The notes beneath the pieces are model-generated. The model saw only the letters and a list, made by a program, of their open reading frames with translations. It was not told the DNA's origin and made no database searches. A stretch of 51,582 nucleotides of DNA from Bdellovibrionales bacterium (lineage in GTDB: Bacteria > Bdellovibrionota > Bdellovibrionia > Bdellovibrionales > DASUEL01): NCBI GenBank assembly GCA_050250255.1, contig JBFWOZ010000021.1, positions 1-51,582 of the forward strand, given 5' to 3'. Positions 45,345 to 51,582 of the stretch are shown here, in pieces (the stretch's first letter is position 1; each line of letters begins with the position of its first letter). The position numbers and the translations under genes are program-made.

Positions 45345-46784
45345 ATGAAAACATCTACAAACTTTAAAAACATACTTCTCGTCACTGCCCTCACCGGTAG
45401 TTTCATCGGCTGCGGGAATAAAAGCTCTAATCCCGTGAGTCAGTACAGCGTCAAGAGCGTACCGGTAGGGCAAGGCGGAGTTTCAGGAACTCAAGATGTG
45501 CCTAGCAATCCTTTCCAGATTGAAATCGTAGGCAGCAATCAACAAAACTTCGCTTCCTTCGTTGAAGGACAAAAAGGTACGATTCAATTTCAAGTTCGCC
45601 TTCTCGATGATCGCATTACTAAATGGACCTTACTTCCTATAAGTCTTCCGAAAGATGCGACGTTTACTCCTTCCCCAGGCAACCCGAATATTTGGATTCT
45701 TGAATGGACCCCTCCTCGCCATACAGTCCAGCCAAACTCAAACTCAGCGCAAGTTTCTATACAAGTTCAAGCAAAGATTGAAGACGCATCAGAAGTTCGT
45801 TTAAAAGCCATCTCTGTTCCATCTCAAACTCATACAATCAGTGTTCGTTTAACAGGCGAACAACCAGAAATAGTAGGCATCAGCAAGCTTGGCGAAACAG
45901 CAAAAAACAGCCGCATGATTCTAATTAATGAAGGTGAAGATAAGACTTTTACCGTCGATGTAAAAGATCCGGGCTCTTATGCTGGAAACCCGCCCAGACT
46001 CGACAAAAAACCCTGTACGACTGAAGGTAATGCCGAAGATCCAGAAACAGATGGTTCTATTTTCGTGATGCCCGATCCTAGCAATCCTGGGGTGAAGCAA
46101 TTAGCAAACGGTAATTGGAGATTCCACAAAGTCTTTACTACAAAAAAGTATCCTGTGATCGCACCAACAGACGCTAATGGAAATTTTGATACAAAAGCTC
46201 CTCACAGAAACTTCTGTTTCCATCTGGAAGCACAAAGTCCCTCTGGTCTTCGATCAGGTGATGAACTTGTAAGCGTACGGATTCAATTTAAACCAGAAAC
46301 ACCACGAATTGTTTGGGGTTTACAGGAAGCCAAATTTAATTCTGGGGAAACAGCTCGACTTTCTTTTAGTGTGGAAACAAAATCTAAAAATGGAGTTCTG
46401 GATATCAATAAGCCAGACTTTTCAAACTGGCCTAATTCTCCAGCACTTGAATGTAAGCCAGATACATCAAGCGGTCGTGAAAATCTTTATCGTCAAGAAT
46501 GTGATTTTATCTGGGATGTTCCAAGTGATGAATCTCTCTTAAATTCTACATACACCTTGAAAATTACAGCTACAAATACTGTAGTTGGATTGTTACCGGC
46601 AAATCAACCTGCATCAAAAGTCATTCGCATTATTAAAAAACAGCCACCAGTAGCACCAGTCAAGTCTGTAAAGACTGCATCTGCTAAGCCTGCAACTCCA
46701 CCAGCAAAGCCTATTGCGCCAGTTAAACCGGCAGCCGCTTCAACTAAACCAACTTCCACCTCCACACCAGGAGCTACAAAATGA
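45345..46784 (+). CDS. Lipoprotein with Ig-like beta domains and Pro/Ala/Lys-rich tail
   Basis: Lipobox FIGC; repeated E-G-x-x-x-T-F/I, L-P-x-x-A-T-F and W-T-P patterns; low-complexity C-terminus. Confidence 0.7.
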   Translation: MKTSTNFKNILLVTALTGSFIGCGNKSSNPVSQYSVKSVPVGQGGVSGTQDVPSNPFQIEIVGSNQQNFASFVEGQKGTIQFQVRLLDDRITKWTLLPISLPKDATFTPSPGNPNIWILEWTPPRHTVQPNSNSAQVSIQVQAKIEDASEVRLKAISVPSQTHTISVRLTGEQPEIVGISKLGETAKNSRMILINEGEDKTFTVDVKDPGSYAGNPPRLDKKPCTTEGNAEDPETDGSIFVMPDPSNPGVKQLANGNWRFHKVFTTKKYPVIAPTDANGNFDTKAPHRNFCFHLEAQSPSGLRSGDELVSVRIQFKPETPRIVWGLQEAKFNSGETARLSFSVETKSKNGVLDINKPDFSNWPNSPALECKPDTSSGRENLYRQECDFIWDVPSDESLLNSTYTLKITATNTVVGLLPANQPASKVIRIIKKQPPVAPVKSVKTASAKPATPPAKPIAPVKPAAASTKPTSTSTPGATK

Positions 46785-47491
46785 AATCACTTTTATTAGC
46801 ACTTCTTGTTTCCATCTTCGCTCTTCCAGCACATGCACAGAAGAAAAATGTTAAAAAGGATTTCAATGCCCTTGGCGGGAATGAAGCCATTGTAGAAAGA
46901 GCGAAAGCTTTAGATCCCAATAACAAAGTACAAATTGTCCAAAAACGTTCCGTTGATCGTTACAATAGAATTGAAATCGGTGCGCAATACGCTTACGTGG
47001 GGAACGGTGACTCTTATATGAACACCGATAGTTTTGGTGGAAGTTTAGATTATCACTTCACTCCTCGTTGGTCACTCGGTGTTAGACATAACCGCTATTA
47101 CAATAAATTAACAAAAGAAGGCCAAGCCGTTTACGAAGAAGCCCAACGTAAACAAGCACAAGGCAATAATTATATCGTACCAGGAATTGACTATCCAACA
47201 TCATCCACTATGGCTGTAGTCAATTTTTATCCCATCTACGGAAAAATGAATACACTCAACATTGGGATCACTCAATTTGACCTCTATCTCCTCGCTGGTT
47301 ACGGGAAAATGGAACTCTCTTCAGGATTAACCGATCTATATGCTGGTGGTGTTGGGGTAGGCGTTTGGTGGAACAATTACTTCACCACTCGTTTAGAAGG
47401 TAAATACCAAACATATCAAGATCGTCCAGAATCAGCTCCTCGACGCCTTGATACTTTTGTTGCGAACATTTCTTTAGGAGTGATGTTGTGA
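46781..47491 (+). CDS. Outer-membrane beta-barrel protein (GltA/GltB-like)
   Basis: V-x-I-V-Q-K-R, YHFT-x-x-W-S-L, YPIYGK-x-N and FDLYL-x-x-G-x-G; amphipathic C-terminal strand. Confidence 0.85.
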   Translation: MKSLLLALLVSIFALPAHAQKKNVKKDFNALGGNEAIVERAKALDPNNKVQIVQKRSVDRYNRIEIGAQYAYVGNGDSYMNTDSFGGSLDYHFTPRWSLGVRHNRYYNKLTKEGQAVYEEAQRKQAQGNNYIVPGIDYPTSSTMAVVNFYPIYGKMNTLNIGITQFDLYLLAGYGKMELSSGLTDLYAGGVGVGVWWNNYFTTRLEGKYQTYQDRPESAPRRLDTFVANISLGVML

Positions 47492-48939
47492 AAAAGAATT
47501 TCTCTTTTAAAATCTTTCTTCTTCTCTGCGCTTTTAGTTTAAGTGCAGCGGGAGTTCAGGCGGAAAAGAGAAAAAAATCTTCGAAACCTGCTGGGAGACC
47601 TTCTGGACAAACATCAAAGAAGACAAAGGTTGCGCTATCAGACAACGAACTGATGGAAAGAGGCTATAAATTCCTTCAAAGCGGCACACCTCTTTTAGCG
47701 GCCGAAGAACTTTTAAAAGTCGAAAATCCAAGCCGTGTCTCCTTAAGTGCTATCCAAGATCTTAAAAAATTAGCTCCAGCCACAAGTGCCGTCTGGAAAC
47801 TTGTGCAAACACCAATGAGTTCTGCTTGGGCCAAGAAATTAGGTTCTGATATTTCTGCCGTAGTTCGCGTTCATCAGTTGAGCCACATCGAAACTGCAGA
47901 ACAAAAAAAGCAAGTGAAACAGTCCTTAGGTTCACTGAAAAAGAATTCCGAAGAATCCATCCTAGCCCAATATAATTTGGCTCTCTATGAAGGTCGTAAC
48001 AACCAACTGATGTCGGCTTTTCGACGATTCGAGCTATTAAAAAATATGGATCAAACCGTAGTTGATCAAGATCTGATTCATCTTAATATCGCGCGCCTCT
48101 ACTTCGAACAGGGAGATTTTGAATCTTCCAAACGTACCTACGACCTAATTCCAAAAGGTTCTGATTACTGGCTAGAAGCTTTAGAAGAAAAAGCTTGGGC
48201 TGAGTTTCGTGAAAAAGATTACGACCGTGCCGAATCTCTTCTTTACTCTGTTCTCTCCCCAGTTTTTGATGGCATCGTGGGTTCTGAACCTTACTTTGTT
48301 TCTGGATACGCGAAGCTCAAAGTTTGCGATTATCCAGGGATCTTTAAAACTATTCATGCTTTCAAATCTAAATTTCAAAAACGTCTTGATCACTTAAGCC
48401 AATTGAGTGAAGGCATACGCACCGAATCGGCTCAACAAATTCTTACCAAGATGTCTTCAGGAACTATTGATTATAAAGAATTAGGCATCCATGCTGTTTC
48501 TCTTCCGCGCATGATTCACCGTAATACTCATCTCGCAAAGCTTATGATGAATCGCTCAATGATATCTACGGAGCTTACCAAATTAAAAAATCAAAAGACG
48601 GCACAATTAGCTTCTCTTGAAGCTGAAAAAGCTCAAGGCCGTGGCTTTGACTACCTCAAAAAGTTAGCCCAAAACGAACTTGATGAAGCGGGAAAAATCA
48701 TCAATAAGCTTCATATCCTTGAAGCCGAAGCAGTACAGCGTATGCACATCAACAATAAAATAGCAGATCGTGATCTCAAAAAGATGGAAGTCGCTGGCGA
48801 TGAGCTTGAATTTCCGGTTTCAGACGAAGTCTGGGTCGATGAGCTCGATAATTACCACGTTTCGACTCGTGGTTGTCCACAAATTGAAAAGAAAGGAAGC
48901 CGTACTGGCTCACTCCTTTCAGGAGAAAAGAAATTATGA
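47488..48939 (+). CDS. GltC-like TPR protein
   Basis: LNIARLYF, W-x-E-A-L-x-E-x-A-W, L-x-S-P-x-F...E-P-Y, C-D-Y and C-terminal F-P-x-x-x-E-V-W-x-D-E-L-x-x-Y...C. Confidence 0.8.
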   Translation: MKKNFSFKIFLLLCAFSLSAAGVQAEKRKKSSKPAGRPSGQTSKKTKVALSDNELMERGYKFLQSGTPLLAAEELLKVENPSRVSLSAIQDLKKLAPATSAVWKLVQTPMSSAWAKKLGSDISAVVRVHQLSHIETAEQKKQVKQSLGSLKKNSEESILAQYNLALYEGRNNQLMSAFRRFELLKNMDQTVVDQDLIHLNIARLYFEQGDFESSKRTYDLIPKGSDYWLEALEEKAWAEFREKDYDRAESLLYSVLSPVFDGIVGSEPYFVSGYAKLKVCDYPGIFKTIHAFKSKFQKRLDHLSQLSEGIRTESAQQILTKMSSGTIDYKELGIHAVSLPRMIHRNTHLAKLMMNRSMISTELTKLKNQKTAQLASLEAEKAQGRGFDYLKKLAQNELDEAGKIINKLHILEAEAVQRMHINNKIADRDLKKMEVAGDELEFPVSDEVWVDELDNYHVSTRGCPQIEKKGSRTGSLLSGEKKL

Positions 48940-50096
48940 ATAACTCCCTTTTCTTAAAAAGCTGTATTTTATCTGCTGGCTTGTTGTCTGTTCTTGCTTG
49001 TAGTCCTCAAAACCCTAGACGCGAGGCTCCTCTTGAAACTAACAAAGTAGTTGAAATTAGCGCCGATAATAATAGCGAAGTCGAGGTAAATTCCAAACTG
49101 GATATTCTTTTCGTGATCGATGACTCCAACAGTATGGGACCTCATCAGAAAAACATGTCCGATAACATTTCCGAATTCGTAAAGGCATTCGGAAAAAATA
49201 ACTTGATCGATTTTCATATTGGAATTACAAAAGTTTTTGACTCTGAAATTCAATTGAGAAAAGAAGAGAATCGCACATCACGCCAAGTGAAGATTACGCC
49301 CGCAGGTCAACTTCTTCCACTGAAAGCCCCAAAAGGATTAGAAGAATCTATTAAAGGCCAACCTCCCTACATTACAAAAGCCACTCCAAACTATCTTAAA
49401 GTTCTTGAAGCTTCCTTAAAAGTTTGTGAAACCGCCCAGTGCCCTCCAGACGGCCCCGTGTTTGAGGAATCATTTTCTCCTGTCATGGAAGCTTTTAACG
49501 AAACAAACTTGAGCGGACCTAATGCAGGCTTTTATCGTCCTGATGCCCATCTTGCGATTATTTTTATTACGGATGCGGAAGATGCTACAAAGGGTGTAAG
49601 CGCCAGCCGACTCTCGAAATACTTAGAAGAGTTAAAGGGTGGCAACTCAAAACTTGTGAGTGCCTACGGCGTTCTCGTTCCTTCAAGCGACCCTAACTGT
49701 AAGCGTGATAACGGAAATATCCCACCCACAAAAATTGAAAAATTCTTAAGCCATTACGGCAACCTTCCTGTTAGCCTTTGTAGTAAAAGTTTTGGTAAAG
49801 ACTTAGCAAAAATTGGCATCGATTTAAGTCGCCGAATTGATCGCAAAGTCATACCACTCAAGTTTGTTCCTCAAATGAACAGCCTTGATGATGTTCTCGT
49901 AACTTACGGTGGTCAAAAAATTAATCCCGATTTTGAAACGGGTTGGACTTATATTCCTCATGATGCCCCGGGTGGCCCTGCGATCGTACTCGGAGATAAA
50001 CTTGCCATAGAATACAAAGAAAACGCCAAACTTCGTATTCGTGCAACTCCTGTACGCATGGAAAATTTGACCAACGGTCGCACTAAAAAACTTTAA
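48936..50096 (+). CDS. vWA/MIDAS-domain lipoprotein (CglB/CglD-like adhesin candidate)
   Basis: Lipobox VLAC; LDILFVIDDSNSM (DxSxS), DFHIGI and GFYRPDAHLAIIFITDAED. Confidence 0.85.
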   Translation: MNNSLFLKSCILSAGLLSVLACSPQNPRREAPLETNKVVEISADNNSEVEVNSKLDILFVIDDSNSMGPHQKNMSDNISEFVKAFGKNNLIDFHIGITKVFDSEIQLRKEENRTSRQVKITPAGQLLPLKAPKGLEESIKGQPPYITKATPNYLKVLEASLKVCETAQCPPDGPVFEESFSPVMEAFNETNLSGPNAGFYRPDAHLAIIFITDAEDATKGVSASRLSKYLEELKGGNSKLVSAYGVLVPSSDPNCKRDNGNIPPTKIEKFLSHYGNLPVSLCSKSFGKDLAKIGIDLSRRIDRKVIPLKFVPQMNSLDDVLVTYGGQKINPDFETGWTYIPHDAPGGPAIVLGDKLAIEYKENAKLRIRATPVRMENLTNGRTKKL

Positions 50097-50120
50097 TTCA
50101 TAAGAGGCTCAGGAAAAGTC

Positions 50121-51278
50121 ATGAAAAACAATATGACTCCTGAGCTTTTTTATTCTCGTGTTCTTGAGTATGCCGAAAAAACACGAATCGGATTTATCGA
50201 CTGTGGTCGCCATCCTGAGTGGAAAACCTTGGGGCTTCCCGATACTCGAGGCTTTACACCACATTTAAGAGAAGTCAGATTTTATTCTTCACAGATAGAT
50301 CTTTATAAAAAACCAACTACGGCCTCCTCCAAAATTCAGGGGGATCATCGCTGGGTGATCCACGATCTACTCCATATTCTCTTTTACGATTATGCGGCTC
50401 TTCAATTAGGTCGAGATTTTAGCGCGGATCTTGATCGTTTTCGTGAAGTTCATCTCGCCAGCGAAGCTTTTGCCGTTTTATCTCTCGATTACCACGTTCT
50501 TTCTTTTTTAAAGGGCCAAGGTCTCGCGATCGACTGTGATTTTGACCAGTGGCCCGCACTTTCCAAACTGAATCTTCGTTTACCGAATTTTCTGTCACAA
50601 GAATTTTGCGTAGCCCTTGTACAACTCTACCTTGAAGGCGAAAGCGAGATATTTCTTTTAAAAGATGGTACAAAATCTCAACCGCGAGCGTACTACGAAA
50701 ATTGGATCGGTCACGAGATCCGCTACGCAGAAAAACAAAGAATTTATGTCGAGATGTGGCTGCAGGATCTTTTGCAAAAGAACTCTTCTCTCACAACCCC
50801 TTCTCTCCATGAATCCTTTGTCGCCGAACCTCTTTGGGAGTTGTTACAGATCTTAATTTACGCTTCAAAAACTCAGTTTAAGAAATACGTAGATCAAGTG
50901 AATGATTTTTTAAAGAAAGATGAAAATTACTTCTCGTCTTTTAAAAAATACAAAAAACTCTCAAAAGAAGGACTGATTGATTATCGTTTCACGGATTTAC
51001 GAGCTGTTTCATTAGCCCAACTGATAGAACAGCTAGAGATGGCAGCAGCTCCCCGTGCAGAAAATCTATTTCTCTTCTGGCAAATACTTTCGCATTTTGA
51101 CTTAAAACAGATGAGCTCTAAAGAATTAAAATTTGTTGAGATCTTAGCGGCCAGCGCTCAGACCAAAGCGGTTGATAAAAAAGCGTGGAAGCAAGTTCAA
51201 AAGTTGTGTCTTCACAAAATAAAAGAGCTGAAGTTTCCTTCAGCTCCTCGTTTAAAAAGTTGCTTTTACTTACCTTAA
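50121..51278 (+). CDS. Hypothetical cytoplasmic protein with HDxxH...E motif
   Basis: 385 aa; AGGA SD; WVIHDLLH followed ~30 aa later by SEAFAV. Confidence 0.7.
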   Translation: MKNNMTPELFYSRVLEYAEKTRIGFIDCGRHPEWKTLGLPDTRGFTPHLREVRFYSSQIDLYKKPTTASSKIQGDHRWVIHDLLHILFYDYAALQLGRDFSADLDRFREVHLASEAFAVLSLDYHVLSFLKGQGLAIDCDFDQWPALSKLNLRLPNFLSQEFCVALVQLYLEGESEIFLLKDGTKSQPRAYYENWIGHEIRYAEKQRIYVEMWLQDLLQKNSSLTTPSLHESFVAEPLWELLQILIYASKTQFKKYVDQVNDFLKKDENYFSSFKKYKKLSKEGLIDYRFTDLRAVSLAQLIEQLEMAAAPRAENLFLFWQILSHFDLKQMSSKELKFVEILAASAQTKAVDKKAWKQVQKLCLHKIKELKFPSAPRLKSCFYLP

Positions 51279-51313
51279 CAGGGTGTGACCAGCAAAGGGC
51301 GCCATGCACTTTT

Positions 51314-51582
51314 TTAGAACATGTAAGTCGCGCCGAGGTGAAGTGCTGTAACATCTGCAGAGTAAGAACCTTGCCGTACAAGATCTACTCCTAATGTACC
51401 TGAACCAGTTAAATCCGCTTTAATAAGCGTCTTTTCAATAGTTCCATCAATGGAAAGAGCATCATCCATACACTTTATTCCTGTGCCTACAGCCAGAGTA
51501 TGAGCTGGAGCTGGAGGAGCAAGAGTGGTTGTTGCACGATGCTCAGGTGTGACCTGGGATGTGTATACATATGCTGTACGCA
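51314..51582 (-). CDS. OmpP1/FadL/TodX-family outer-membrane transporter, C-terminal part (enters from the window's right edge)
   Basis: Hand translation ...RTAYVYTSQVTPEHRATTTLAPPAPAHTLAVGTG...GSYSADVTALHLGATYMF*; R-x-x-Y and terminal Y-x-F fit the family. Confidence 0.7.
   Translation of the reverse strand, partial: RTAYVYTSQVTPEHRATTTLAPPAPAHTLAVGTGIKCMDDALSIDGTIEKTLIKADLTGSGTLGVDLVRQGSYSADVTALHLGATYMF

Noticed and set aside
1..51582. CRISPR array, cas genes, rRNA, integrase, prophage or retron-type RT
   Set aside because: No regularly spaced direct repeats or diagnostic protein motifs were seen on reading; an automated scan was not possible.

Overview
A 51.6 kb bacterial chromosome segment that looks like a predatory Bdellovibrionota (Bdellovibrio-like) genome. 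That assignment is an inference from the FQNC-type lipoprotein, the Agl/Glt-like gliding cluster, a CPAF-like S41 protease and many orphan secreted proteins. Left part (1-10.2 kb): partial ResB-like cytochrome c biogenesis gene; a hairpin-rich intergenic region with a perfect 31-bp inverted repeat in front of a solo HUH/Y1 (IS200/RAYT-like) transposase; cca; queG; a translationally coupled SRPBCC + degenerate DUF692/MNIO + DUF2063-like operon; an M20/M42 hydrolase; hutG; an RRM + Zn-ribbon pair; tRNA-Asp. Middle part (10.2-38.8 kb): an accessory patchwork that starts right after the tRNA. It holds an MNT-HEPN toxin-antitoxin pair, a membrane-anchored HNH/Zn-ribbon nuclease, GreA/B, RNase H, an orphan hendecad-repeat histidine kinase, FMN reductase, two DoxX genes, rsmG, a 2OG-Fe dioxygenase, YchJ, HflX, a Cys-repeat lipoprotein, a candidate toxin-immunity pair and many secreted hydrolases (S41, trypsin, PhoD, fungal-type GH15, M4/M36). 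Three genes there have single-base N-terminal frameshifts in homopolymer runs, and hflX appears to start at ATC. Right part (38.8-51.6 kb): a GTAG-type REP doublet, a consensus sigma54 promoter, an 11 kb TolQ/ExbD/ExbD-TPR-GltF-GltG-lipoprotein-OM barrel-GltC-vWA operon, an HDxxH protein and the 3' end of a FadL-type porin gene. No CRISPR array, rRNA, integrase or prophage was seen. All family calls come from motif recognition by eye; no database search was run.
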